From: Octopus vulgaris
Taxonomy: Eukaryota
DNA: 64,000 nucleotides
Reading direction: 5' to 3'
Assembly (NCBI GenBank): GCA_951406725.2
Contig: OX597831.1
Span: forward strand, 80,848,001 to 80,912,000
Part shown: positions 51,404-64,000 of the stretch, one piece after another
Layout: every line of letters begins with the position of its first letter
Position numbering within the stretch: the stretch's first letter is position 1
Notes under the pieces: model-generated
The model's input: only the letters and a program-made list of their open reading frames with translations
What the model was told of the DNA's origin: nothing
Database searches by the model: none
Translations under genes and position numbers: made by a program

Positions 51404-52961
51404 TGAATGAATGAATGAATGATGCCGAATGGATTAAGGAGGAGAAAAGGGGAGTAAATCAGTCGTGATTTAAGAAAGTAATTTATTTTTATTCTAAAAC
51501 TTTGCCTTTCATCCTTTCGGGGTCGATTAAATAAGTACCAGTTGCGCACTGGAGTCGATGTAATCGACTTAATCCCTTTGTCTGTCCTTGTTTGTCCCTT
51601 CTGTGTTTAGCCCCTTGTGGGCAATAAAGAAATATAAAATAAGTACCGGTCGAGCAGAGGGGCCGAACCGAGCGACTGACCCCTCTCCCTAAATTGCTGG
51701 TATTGTACTTTACAACACTCAAGATGGCGGACAAAATGCTTGGCGGCATTTTTTCTAACTCTCTACGTTCTATGTTCAAATCTCGCCGCAGCCGACGTGG
51801 CCTTTCACCCCTTTCAGGGCCGATGAAATGAAATAGTGGGGTCGTTGCAATCGACTAACCTCATAGCCTTCAAATTGCCGGCCTTGCGCCAAAATCAGAA
51901 AGAGTACAGAGATGGGGGAATCAGCGGGGCAAAATGAGTAATCATTGATTTCTTGTGATTTTCTCACCACTTGTTTGCAGTCGTTACATTTCAAGCATTT
52001 CACCACCATTTTGTGCGGTTACATCATCTTTACGAGTAAGAAGTGGTTAGCATAGTTGTTGTGAGAGTTTAGAAGATAGTCAGCTTGCTTACGAACCGCA
52101 TGGTTCCGGGTTCAGTCCCGCTGCGTGGCTCCTTGGGCAAGTGTCTTCTGCTATAGCCTCGGGCCGACCAAAGCCTCGTGAGTGGATTTGGTAGACGGAA
52201 ACTGAAAGAAGCCCGTCGTATAATGTATATGTATATATATATATATATATGTATGTGTATATGTTTGTGTCTGTGTTTGTCCCTCCCAACATTGCTTGAC
52301 AACCGATGCTGGTGTGTTTACGTCCCCGTAACTTAGCGGTTCGGCAAAAAAAGAGACCGATAGATTAAGTACTAGGCTTACAAAGAATAAGTCCTGGGGT
52401 CGATTTGCTCGACTAAAAGGCTGTGCTCCAGCATGGCCACAGTCAAATGACTGAAACGAGTAAAAGAGTAACAGGTACTTTTAGTTGAAGAATTCTCTCA
52501 CCTTTGACCCGACTGCAAGTGAGGTTGCCATTAAAATATCTGGATCATTTTTGGTGTTTCACAATCAATATTCTTTTCTATTTTGGATTCCAAGTCAACT
52601 TTTTTTCTTACACTAACGTCAAGTTTGATCATTTTTAATTTTCAAAATATGTCTAAAATTGAATAAAATGAGTAATTACTAATTTGATTAATTGGACCTA
52701 TTCCATCTCAATCAGATTTTTTTAATTAATTTTTTTTTTTAACTAAACAGTTTGAAACTTCGAATATTGGTGGTAATTCTCACGTAGAACACGGTTTACT
52801 CTGAATGTTTTTGACAAAATTTCGTATTTTAGAAGTTATTTCGTGTTAAAGTTGTCGTATTTGGGTAATTTTAACCAATCACTGACGTGTATTTAGCTGA
52901 AGCAATGTACTGCTGTTTGCGGAAGAGCAACAACTTCTGAGTCATCTCTACTAAATGTGTT

Positions 52962-53025
<64 letters not shown>

Positions 53026-53619
53026 TGCGTGTGTGTATAGTTGCCATAGAAAAGGTAGAGATATAAGACAGCATAGCCGTGGCTAGAGGCTGGAGAATGT
53101 CTATGAGCAACTTTATATCAATCAGTCAAAGGGTCACCAGAATTCATTCAACGTAAAAAAAAAAATTTCCAATGGTTCCAGGATACTGGGGGGGGGGGTC
53201 CCACTCCACTTTTCCCAAAAAATCTTGGACCCCCTTCCCTGCTAAGCGAAATGATAGTTACTCGTTTTACGAAATTTAGCGTAGAAGTGAAGAATTACTC
53301 GCTAGTTTTTTGCACAGTACGTGTTTATAATAGTTTTACCAAAAGTAACTTCGAAGTTCCGGTCTGCTAGCCTTCCTGGAAGGCTATGTAATTAATGCAG
53401 ATGCACACAGATATACGTATATATTCGTTTAGGTGATTTACATAGCGGCAAAAATGGGAAGACACAAGTGAGATAAAAATAGCTTTGACTCTGAATCGAA
53501 ACCGGATCGCTGAACTCACCCAGAAAGAAAATAAAATCTTATCCAGAGAGACAAAAATAAAAAAAAATTAACTCTATGTGGTTCACGCTTATAATAATTT
53601 TTTTTTTTTTTTGCATTGT

Positions 53620-54250
53620 TAGAACCCGGATGTTCCTGGAAGCTCGCCTAGCAAGATGCGGGCAGGATAGGGAAACCGTCCTGCACGCTATTGTTCAGTG
53701 TCCGGGAGTGTCTGAAGTGTGGGCTGTCAGGTTCGGGAAGAATGCAGCTGTCGTCTGAGTCAATCGTAAAAATTGACCCGCCGGATTTCCTCACGAAGAA
53801 GGTAAGCAATGTTTTCTCGCAGTAGTAGCAGAGGTGGTATGGAAGTCGCGAATGAAAGATTTGGCGACAGGCAACCTCATCTCCGGTCTCGGGGTGGTGA
53901 GATTTTTTATCTTCCACCTTAAAAGGAAGGTGAGGCTGGAGAGAAGATGCTTGTCAAAGAAAATGTTCAAAGAAAGATGGTTGCATGTTGCGAGAGTGCT
54001 GGGAATGAAAGATTCCTCGTGAACATGACATAAGTCTGTATACAAAAGTTTCAGTAGGAGAATGGGGCCCGTGGGGTCGGGGCGTAACCCATCTCTCTGC
54101 TTCGTTTCATGTTCGTATTTTGTCCTTGTTGTATCTCATTCGATTTCATTCTATCTTGTAAAAATTTTAAAAGTCATTGTGTGTCTGACCCCGATCAGGC
54201 TGTATTGTCCCCCTCCATGTTTGGGCCCTTGGGGCTAATAAAGAAACAGG
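53620..54250 (+). mobile_element. Tx1/L1-clade LINE 3' fragment with 3' UTR
   Basis: Degenerate CCHC knuckle RCGQDRETVLHAIVQCP..SEVW, then VWKSR...ERRCLS..MFKERW. The UTR ends CCCTTGGGGCTAATAAAGAAA. Confidence 0.75.
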
Positions 54251-54667
54251 AAGCTCTCCTCGCAAGACAAGAGACAGCTGTGTTGTTGAGTTGTTTTGCC
54301 GTTGAGGCGCGGCCGCCTGTTTTTATTTCGTGCTTTCTTTGCATTGTTACATTGTTGTTGTGAGTTACTGTTATTGTTTGTTGTTATTTCAAGAACTGTT
54401 TCATTGCTTTGTTTTAAAGCAAATTGTTATTAATTCCCCCGTGCGAGGGAATTATTGTTGAACTGTGTCTGTGGGGTGTAACCTCCTCCCCACTAATTTT
54501 TGTGGTTTACAGACACACAGGATAACTCTCAAAATTCCCGTCCCGCAGACCATTGTGTGGGTATTATAGACGATGAAGATTTATTTGAAATAATGAAAGA
54601 TTGGGGAAAGGTGGAATTGCCAGATAACTGGGATGAGGATATGGAGGTGGTACCATCTAAACGCCAT

Positions 54668-54898
54668 GGCGGCGAGCTGGCAGAAACGTTAGCACACCGG
54701 GCGAAATACTTTGCGGTATTTCGTCTGCCGTTACGTTCTGAGTTCAAATTCCGCCGAGGTCGACTTTGCCTTTCATCCCTTCGGGGTCGATTAAATAAGT
54801 ACCAGTTACGCACTGGGGTCGATATAATCGACTTAATCCGTTTCTCTGTCGTTGTTTGTCCCCTCTGTGTTCAGCCCCTTGTGGGTAGTAAAGAAATA
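54668..54898 (+). mobile_element. Full-length family-A SINE with an 18-bp TSD
   Basis: GGTACCATCTAAACGCCA at 54649-54666 and 54899-54916. Confidence 0.93.
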
Positions 54899-55765
54899 GG
54901 TACCATCTAAACGCCAACTAAAGGAACTCGAAAGAGAACTTATGAACATTTACAAGTTGATATACTCTTTACTCTTTTACTCTTTTACTTGTTTCAGTCA
55001 TTTGACTGCGGCCATGCTGGAGCACCGCCTTTAGTCGAAGTAATCAACCCCGGCACTTAATCTTTGTAAGCCCAGTACTTATTCTATCGGTCTCTTTTGC
55101 CGAACCGCTAAGTGACGGGGACGTAAACACACCAGCATCGGTTGTCAAGCAATGCTAGGGGGACAGACACACAAACACACACATACATATACATATATAC
55201 GACAGGCTTCTTTCAGTTTCCGTCTACCAAATCCACTCACAAGGCATTGGTCGGCCCGGGGCTATAGCAGAAGACACTTGCCCAAGATGTCACGCAGTAG
55301 GACTGAACCCGGAACCATGTGGTTGGTTAGCAAGCTACTTACCACACAGCCACTCCTGCGCCTATATGGGAGATTAGAGATGAAAAAGAAAAATGAACTT
55401 GAGAAGAGATACGGGGTAATATTAGGGGACTACGTAACTTTTGCATTGATTTAGGAAAGAGGGCAAAGTAAGTGATGGTGACCGATGTTAACATCGCTTT
55501 CATTACTCATTTTCACCCCTTTCATCTTTTATCATACGCTTATGCTTTTTTTTGTGTGTGTGTATTGTGTCCCCTATGTATTGTGATGTCCCCTCTATGT
55601 AAACCCTTTATGGGGAATAAAGAATCCGCAAGAGAAGAGACAGCTGTGTTGTTGAAGATGAGCAACGAAACCGGATTTTAAATTCGATAAAAGGGGCTGC
55701 CATAAACTGTTTAAATGCTGCCACAGAAATAATCAAACACATTGCAAATATTATTTGAAAACTTT

Positions 55766-56513
55766 GGATCTTTCCCTTTTGAACGGCAGTTTTCAACACA
55801 ATTCCTAGTTAACTAAACACTTTTCAACTTCGTATACTAGTAGAATGTGTCAAAATAAAACATTTTTTTTTCTCTTGGCTTTCTTAAGAAAATTGTAATT
55901 TATTTGTTTAAAGTAATTTAATTTTTAGAATTTTAACCAATCCTATGGCCTCTATTGAGCTAAAATCATTTGCTGCGTCTAAAACGGACAACATCCTGTC
56001 ACTAACCCTAACCCTAAATTTTAGCCTTTCGGTTTTTTTTTTTCTTAATTGCTAAATTAATTTAAGGATAACAATTAATAAAAAAAACGAAAGCAATGGA
56101 AAATAATTTTAATTTAACAATTAAGAAAAAAAAAAACGAAAGGCTAAAACGAAAGCAAAAACTCAAAACAAAACGAATAATTTTAGACACACACGTAACA
56201 ATTAAATTAATTTAACAATTAAGAAAAAAACAAACCGAAAGGCTAAAATGTAGGGTGAGGGTTAGAGTTAGGGTTAGTGACAGGATGTTGTCTCAGTTTT
56301 AGACGCAGCAAATGATTTTAGCTCAAAAGAGGCCATAGGATTGGTTAAAATACGAAAAATTAAACTACGTTAAACTTACAAATTACAATTTTCTCAAGAA
56401 AGGCAAGAGAAAAGAATGTTTTATTTTGACACATTCTACCAGTATACGAAGTTTAAAAGTGTTTAGTTAACTAGAAATTGTGTTGAAAACTGCCGTTCAA
56501 AAGGGAAAGATTC
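55766..56513. mobile_element. Foldback/MITE element (748 bp) with ~290-bp TIRs and an 8-bp TSD
   Basis: AAAACTTT|GGATCTTTCCCTTTTGAACGGCAG ... CTGCCGTTCAAAAGGGAAAGATTC|AAAACTTT. Each arm has internal TAACCC/GGGTTA units. A related fragment lies at ~52730-52930. Confidence 0.9.
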
Positions 56514-57178
56514 AAAACTTTAGTTATAGAAGTTTCTAATGAAATTTAGAAAAAATGGCAAATTTCAGTAACCTTATACAACTCAGATACTAACGAGCCG
56601 AAAGCAACACTAGAACGCAATAAATATTTCAAATTTGGTCGATAGAGTTGGCTTTGCAAATACTGAAGTCGCTGGAAACGCAATTCTTCCAGTGTCACTA
56701 GAACTGGCTTCTGTCCAAAATTTACTGAAAAATGCTTTATTAAAGAGATTTTTAGGAAATCCAGCTGGTCTTCATTTGACTATATGATGCATCGTTACAC
56801 ATATTACGTACAGTTTTTATTTTTCAGTCTAAATTTTAGACGTGGCTTCTCAACCACATGGTTCCGGGTTCAGTCCCACTGCGTGGAATCTTCTGCAAGA
56901 CTTCTACTATACCTATGAGCCGACCAAATCTTCGGATTTAGTTTTCTTCTTTCAATATTCGTCTCACAACTTTTAAATCGTCTTTGGATTCTTCCTCTTC
57001 CTCCCCCTCTTCCTCTTTAATATCTGGTTTATTGCCAGTCGAAAGAATTAAGGAATTTGCCAATTCCAATCGCTTTATTTGGCAAATTTGCAAATATTGA
57101 ATTCGTCCCCACTTTTTTTAAAACTTTTAAATGACAATCCGGTTATGGCTTTCCAGCTTGTATCGGTTATTCTAGAGT

Positions 57179-57564
57179 GGAGGCGCAATGGCCCAGTGGT
57201 TAGGGCAGCGGACTCGCGGTCATAGGATCGCGGTTTCGATTCCCAGACCGGGCGTTGTGAGTGTTTATTGAGCGAAAACACCTAAAGCTCCACGAGGCTC
57301 CGGCAGGGGATGGTGGTGATCCCTGTTGTACTCTTTCACCACAACTTTCTCTCACTCTTACTTCCTGTTTCTGTTGTACCTGTATTTCAAAGGGACGGCC
57401 TTGTCACTCTCTGTGTCACGTTGAATATCCCCGAGAACTACGTTAAGGGTACACGTGTCTGTGGAGTGCTCAGCCACTTACACGTTAATTTCACGAGCAG
57501 GCTGTTCTGTTGATTCGGATCAACCGGAACCCCCGTCGTCGTAACCGACGGAGTGCTTCCATCC
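57179..57564 (+). mobile_element. tRNA-derived SINE, family C, full length with a 10-bp TSD
   Basis: Head GGAGGCGCAATGGCCCAGTGGTTAGGGCAGCGGACTCGCGG...GGTTTCGATTCCC; TSD ATTCTAGAGT (57169-57178 / 57565-57574). A diverged copy lies at ~23290-23590(-) and a related head at ~3350. Confidence 0.85.
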
Positions 57565-60500
57565 ATTCTAGAGTAGAGTTGACATTATTGATCTCTACAT
57601 CAGTTTTGATCAAGCTGACATTCCAGCTTAAGTTGAGTTGGTGACAGGAAGAGCATCCAGCTGTAATTCTGCCCGAATGAATTAAGTTTGTGTCTTGCTA
57701 TCATGGAAAGGTGATTGTTAAATGTTTTTTATTTTCAGGTTCTGCCAGCATTTTAAAGTCTCTCAAACAAAATGTGGACTTAAACCAATCAGCCAAAACT
57801 TGATGTCTCCATACCAGCAAGTGACCAGTGTCCAGTACTCCCCCCTTCAGGAATACTTTGAATGTCGGCTTTGTACTTTTTCAGTAAAAGGAATGTGTTA
57901 CATCCAATCCATTCTTTAGGTGCTGAAATACTGTTAATTTTTATTTTATGAGAATTCCGTGAAAAGTAATGTCTCGCTTTTGAGAGTTCTAGATTTGTTG
58001 TGTCCTTGCTCAACCATTCCTCCTGCCCCCAATTTATGGTAGGAAAACGGATGACGGGGAGAAACGTCAATCAAATTACTATTCCAGCTTTTATCAAGAA
58101 CTTGGAATGTTGAAAAAGCTGAGTTGGTCTTAATTAATCGGATATTTCTGAAATTTGCTTCAAAACTAGCTCTGGGTTTATTCCCATCAAATACACATGG
58201 AATTTGCCTTACGCCATAACCTTTGGTCAACCAAAGTATTGAGTGAAATGTTTAGACAGAAATCTGCCAGAGGAACAGTTCTTATTTTTGGAATAACATT
58301 TAATCAATTGCTTCGTCTTTCTCTTGGATACTGTTTTGTGGAACTCGTTTTGCAAGAATCAGTCAGGTTTCGAACTTGAAAATAACTTGAAACTCAAAGG
58401 ATTTATTGGTACTATATTTCATGAGACTATTAGAAACATTTTCTACACAAAAAAAAAAAAAAAAATTTAACATGTTTGATGTATTTGTATGGACATTAAT
58501 GTCTCATATTCCAAACAAAATGTTGAATGTTCTTATGCTCTGACTTCTTGACTTCGGTTAATTTCTTTTACTACTCTCCATTGACAGGTAATCTATGCAA
58601 CATGTCTACCCTGGAGTAATTTGCTCTTCCGTACATGAGTGTTTATTTTAACTCGGTTCCCAGTTGTAAACTCTTAGCCTCAGTTATTGACACCTGTTAA
58701 TCCATTTGTGGTATCCTTCATTTGAACCCTATCACACCTGGGCACCTGTGTCTAAGCTTGCTCTCCACCTGGGCCCCCAAGCAAAAAACAAAACAAGACA
58801 ATAGTTGCATTTACAGCTCAGGAATAACGATTGCAGGCAAACTAACACGGAATTGGTTGCATCTCTTTCTATGCATGTTGTTCATTACTATTGTTACGAG
58901 GCTTTTTCGGAGCTGGATATTCCACTGGGAATATTTCCTTGCTTACCCCCGAACTCCGTTTCTAGGCATGAGTGGTCCTTAGACCAAGGCCTCTACCACG
59001 ATTTTTAAGATGTGAAAAACTAGCTCGGGAAGGCAGGGTCGCTGCTCCCTGAGACTGCTTTCGGAGTTCCCCCACCACTATCCAGTTCATTACTATTTTA
59101 CTTGGAATCCAGCAGAGATGACATTTGAGCTAATCCTGTTATAGCAGGAACATAGCATGACAGGATTATCTTGGGTTTCCAATTGCCAGAAATCCTTGTG
59201 CTACAAACCATAGAAATGGGTTTTGCCGTGAAAAAATTTTTTTTCTTTGTAAACTGAAAGTTTTAAGATTTTTGGTTGCTTTTATATACACTTTCAAATT
59301 TCTTAAATTCCATTTTTTAAAAATCTGATTTTGTTGCTATTGCTGTGACATATCCATAAATGGTTAAGCCAATTCCTTTCTTGGCTTCATCCAGCTTGCA
59401 ACTGCTTTAAGGTGAAACTCAGAACTTATCCCTTTGCAGTACAAAGGTAACAATGATTGAAACCCCTCGTTGAATTACTAATCCAGACACATAACTTGCC
59501 TTTCATTGCAATCTTTTTTTTTTTTTTTAATGCATGTCAAATGCACCTGTTGCTTGGCAATTTTTAAATGCTAAATTTCTGCTGAAATAGCTTCAGAAAG
59601 ATTGTCAAACAGGTTCCGTGTCTTCCCATCCTCACTTTCAAATGGAGCGGAGTTGATAAAGCAGTAAACTCTGCTCAGGGGTGATTCATTGAAAGCTTTA
59701 AGTACTTGTCTTACTAACTCGATGGACCGCGTTCTAAATGGTTGCAGTTCACTTTGCAATTTTGCTGGTTTTTCTGGGAGAAGTTAGAAACTCTCCTTAT
59801 AGGAACTGTCCCATCTGCTTAACCTTCTTTAAACTGGCATTGCTGTTTAGCAGGAAGAGTTTTGGGAGAACAAAATCCAAACCTGCAGCAGGCCAGAGCC
59901 AAACCAGAGGGAAGAATAAGTGCTCAATCGTCAGATGTGGGGTCTGTTGGGAGCTACAAGTCGAAGAGATGTATAGAACCTGCAGGAGTTATGTTTCAGT
60001 AGGAGATTCACATGTTAGGCACTTCAAAAACATTTGAAAGCTAAAACCACATACCTGTTGTAGGCGACAGCAAAAGGTAAGAGGGGAAACCATTTTAGCT
60101 TATACGAAAAGCAGTTACTTACTATGATCTGTATCAGCTATTAAAATACGATTTCTTTTAAATTAACTCTTGGGAGTGTAAGCTTCACCTTTTTTTTTCT
60201 CCTTCTAGGGCCTATAAAATGACTGGCTGTATAAGGGATTTATTAAACGGGCACATTTCTGAAGGCACTTTTTTGCTGGTAAAAAGAATTTTTCTTTGAT
60301 AAATATTTGAATTTATAGAACTATTTGTAACTCTGTCTAATCTTTGACCCTTGATGTCTAATGCTTTCTTGTTCCCACTTCACAAATGGCCTTGGCAAAT
60401 TTTGAATTAGTTTAGAATCTGCCATGTTGAGATAGATTGGTGGAATCTGCAGTAGATATCCCCTGCTTATAATGTTGACTGTTCCACAATTCTAAGAATT

Positions 60501-61769
60501 GGTCTTTGATTGATGGTACCTTTCACTGCCAGCACGTTGCTTTTCATCCAGCTCTTGTTCATTAATGTATGTCTATACTGGAACAGTCTCTTTTGCCAAA
60601 TATTGCAGCTGATGTTGATTCTGAAGACGGTTCTTAAACAATGGTTAGGTGCTGACCCCTTTCCCCAGAACTTCACAAGCACAGTTTTCTTATATTTTGG
60701 ATTATCAGAACATCAATGTTTGTCTATTGAGCATTCTGAGTGTTTTCCCTGAGGAAGACAGTAAATTCTACGCAATTTATATTACCAAGTTGGAAAATGT
60801 TTTCCCCAAGACCAGTCCTTAATATAATCTGGTATTCTGGAGATAGTGAAGACTTTTTAAGCTGAAGAAAAATTGGTCAAAAATTTGTCCGATTAATCAG
60901 GGTTCATATTGTGAGAAATTATGTAATTTTATACCCCTACCCACGTGCACGGTCACGTGATATAAAATTATTCTGTAATGGTTTCTCAAATCTCTAATTC
61001 TTTTAGAAGCTGGTATTTCTGAAATTTCATTCCTCTGCCTTCCAACTCATCACATGCAATAAGTGCAGCATAGATATAATTCAGTTATTCGGAGTTCTTT
61101 AATTCGGAGTTCTTTAAGTCGGAGTTCCTTAAGGCAATGTCATGAACCCCGAGGTGGTTGTTATAGGATGCATGTGAAATTATTTTCTTTCATAAAAATC
61201 CTAAACTATGTCAAAGTTTGGTACTTTATCATTCCATGTCTGCAAACAATTCCTTAGGACAGTAATGGGGAGTTGTGTGGGCCGAAGCAATTTAAACTTG
61301 TTGGAAAATCTGTACAAACTCGTAACTTATGCAGATTGTTGGCGCTGCCCAACCTGAATGGTCCGTCTTGATTATTCCTAAGCTTTCGAATTGTTCAAGT
61401 TCCTTATTTATCTGTTCTCGTGCTGCAAGTGGCACGTTACGTTTTGGCTTAAATACAGGCGTTGCACTTTTACTATTTTTGCCTTCATTTTCATGTAGCA
61501 GCCCAGTTCACGGGAAAAAAAAAGCATCTGGGAATGTTTCTTTTCATGTCAATCCCTCAGCTGCATTCGAACTTTCAACGCAAAAACACTTATGGGCGTA
61601 TTCCACAATTTGAACAGTTCCATCCACTCTGTGCCGAATAAATTTACTGAATCTTTTTATCCTTCCTTGGTCACGCCTGCAGTCATAAACACACAAACAT
61701 GTATTTTTCTTTGTGTGTTAATAGAACCAAGATGTTTTCAAGAGTTAACATTTTTATTTTTAAAAAAAT

Positions 61770-61802
61770 CGTCCCTGGGTGGTCTTGAACCACCAACCTT
61801 CG
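61770..61802 (-). pseudogene. tRNA-Asn 3'-half fragment
   Basis: Minus strand CGAAGGTTGGTGGTTCAAGACCACCCAGGGACG matches the metazoan tRNA-Asn 3' half and is followed by a T7 run (Pol III terminator-like). The 5' half is absent. Confidence 0.7.
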
Positions 61803-62748
61803 AGGCAGAAGTCATGGCTTTCACAAGCTTTGTCTGCGGCTCAGCTGTTGAGGCCCTTTTTTTGGTTTTGCAATGTTAGAAGGCTCAGTTCCATTGTTTA
61901 ACCATAAACTGGCCGTTGCCTCTCTTCTGAAGAATCTCTCTATCAATTGTACCAGTTGCTACAGTGTTGCACATGTTAATACGTGCATGAAACGCTGCCT
62001 AATTTCTTCTACTGATCCCCACCCCCAGGTCATGCTTTGGTTGTGATTGGAATCCCTTCTGATTTTACGGAGCCTGACTGTGATGTCTTGGTGCTAAAAG
62101 GAGTTTGCTTGCAGTTCCTTTTCCATGATGCTTCCTCTCACTTCTCCATTTAAATCTGTGACATTAGAGGATGTTGGATTACCTATAACTTCATAGTGAT
62201 GGGCACACACTAATAAGGGACACTAAATGGGTCTGTATAGGTTTATCGTGTACATTTTTATAATGTAACTTTAGGGAATTGTTTTGTTTGGCTAATGTCC
62301 TTGACTCTGGCTCTAAATCCTAACTCTGGGGAATGATGACTCGTGAAACGAAACCCAGTTAAAGTAAAACTGGTCAGAAAGCAATTTTATCTTTTTATCC
62401 AATAATGCTATTAATTGATGAAATCTGTATTGCAGATATTACAACATTATCTCTCTTTTTTTTTTTTTGTATTAACATTCGGTTCCTTCAAGTATAAATT
62501 TGGCCTTTATAAGCTCTATAGAATCCCCACTCCTATATTAGGGAACTCGTTCATCTGAACCATTTTCTAAAAATTCCTTGTTTCTAATAACAGGAAATAT
62601 TCTACCTAAAAAGTTTACTTTGGTAAATATTTGAATTTGTGGAACTATTTAAGTAATGCTTTTTTTTTTATCCCTGACACTTAAGTTTGTTCATTTGGTT
62701 GGCCAAAAAGTTTGTTCAGTTTTGAGCTGAGCTAAAAATGAGTGTTAA

Positions 62749-62821
62749 TGCTGAAACCCGAGACCGAACCAGGGACCTCTACATCTTCAGGTTAACGCTT
62801 TCCCACCTGAGTTATTCCGGT
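62749..62821 (-). pseudogene. tRNA-Phe(GAA) pseudogene, 73 nt
   Basis: Colinear with metazoan tRNA-Phe (GCCGAAATAGCTCAG...CTGAAGA...GGTTCGATCCCGGGTTTCGGCA), with roughly a dozen substitutions, several of them in stems. Confidence 0.85.
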
Positions 62822-63099
62822 GTACGGCACGTAGTCTTCTATATTTTATTGATTATTTATTGATTATATTGAATGTTAAATTACATTGTCATAGTGATAT
62901 TAATTCAGCAAGGAGAATATGAACAAGGAAGAAGATAGTGTTACGTGGGGTCGTGAGATCGAACTGCACCAATGCTGCTCTTCATATCGTATCCCTCCAT
63001 GGTGTCACTTTTATTGCTTTGGAAATTACTCATTTCTTTCTTTACTGCTCAGCAGGTGTTGTCTGAGTGATACAAAGCATCATTCAAAGGTTGTTTAGA

Positions 63100-63994
63100 C
63101 GGATTTTATGCCTCTACCGCCTTCACTTCATTTCACGTAGATCCTGTCAGTGGCGGTCAGTACCACTCTGGTTTCGATATCCAGGCTGCGTATCTCACCG
63201 AATGTCCAGTCCAGAATTCCCAAATGTTGGCACAAGCATTGGTACTGCAAAAGCGTTGTGAGATATGGTCTTGTTAAATGCAGGTAATCTCTGAGTTCCA
63301 GGTTTTCCAGAGTCTGCAGAAGCAGCACCAACATATGCAACATTCTCGTCGATTTCAAGGTTAATTGTAGCTTCCATCATTAGAGATAGGCCAGATAGAC
63401 AAGCTGTTGATGTACACGTTCTCTGCCTGATTGAAAATCTTTCCTCGGGTGACTATCATGTACGAGCTTGCCCAAACTCCATTCCTAGATCTCGTGAGGA
63501 TGTTGCGACTAGTTCTAGTTGACTCTTTATGTCGGTCATTTTGCTAGATTATCATGAGTGGGTGACATTAATTCAATTTTCTTCGCATGTCCCAGCATGT
63601 AGCCTTGGCAATTAGTTAGCCGGGCTGACAAAGGATTCACTGCCAGAACAAACAACATTACAGACTTACTATCACCGTGGAATATGTCCGTTGATAGCTT
63701 GATTCTGTTTGTAACGATAGGTGTTGTTTTAGTAGTTGTCAGTGTGCACCGTGTTGCAGTCAGTGTTTCAATGGTATCCACGATAGCAGCCGCTACTTTG
63801 GCGAAGTGTAGTTATTGTGTTATCCACGAGTGAGACAGTAAAAAAAACCTCGTAGTCTCTCCATACCATGAAGAGACGACTGTGATGTTGCTTGGCTTCC
63901 CTAAGGACAGGTTTGTTGAGGAGGAACAGGTCAGAGCAGTCCCAGACTCCTTGCTTCGTGCTGCCTGATAGTTTTTGGCAATTTTATTGAACAA
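63100..63994 (-). mobile_element. Highly decayed Ty3/gypsy integrase region
   Basis: IKLSTDIFH....VMLFV resembles the first integrase Asp strand. Downstream IRSLDIET..SGTDRH*QDLR resembles the PRSY.V....G..RRNRR.LR C-terminal motif. Many stops. Confidence 0.45.
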
Positions 63995-64000
63995 TTTTTA

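Noticed and set aside
50566-51549. 327-aa Ser/Leu-rich ORF upstream of MED9
   Set aside because: Made of SINE sequence and (GA)n microsatellites.
54500-54910. 136-aa ORF
   Set aside because: A short acidic relic fused to read-through into a SINE insertion.
57179-57250. Apparent tRNA gene
   Set aside because: It is the tRNA-derived head of a SINE that continues into a body and is bounded by a TSD.
61081-61130. Three 15-bp repeats (TCGGAGTTCTTTAA-like) as a CRISPR-like array
   Set aside because: A short tandem minisatellite without spacers, in eukaryotic DNA with no cas genes.

Overview
Repeat-dense, AT-rich animal genomic DNA, very probably an octopus (coleoid cephalopod), judged from its tRNA-derived SINEs, RTE LINEs and dense (TA)n/(CA)n microsatellites. 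Three intact host genes are readable: an intronless myo-inositol oxygenase (MIOX, 31921-32781 +), a two-exon Mediator subunit MED9 (exons 50541-50480 and 44274-44061, -; missed by the ORF track) and an intronless GEMIN6 (43350-42556, -) starting only 710 bp after the MED9 stop. The rest is mostly mobile DNA: a near full-length decayed RTE LINE with a PHD-like finger inside the RT region; RTE, CR1, Tx1, R4-like and gypsy fragments; mariner/Tc1 remnants; MITEs with clean target-site duplications (TSDs); Helentron-like elements; 28S rRNA and tRNA pseudogene fragments; and a 3.1-kb (CCA)n array. The most notable unannotated signals are (i) type I hammerhead ribozyme folds, several with variant cores, inside (TA)n-inserted, often palindromic Penelope-like elements, (ii) the possibly bicistronic or overlapping MED9-GEMIN6 unit, and (iii) a SINE whose 3' tail matches the 3' end of a Tx1-type LINE in the same window. 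All calls were made by eye, with no database searches, and repeat boundaries are approximate unless a TSD or terminal inverted repeat (TIR) is quoted.
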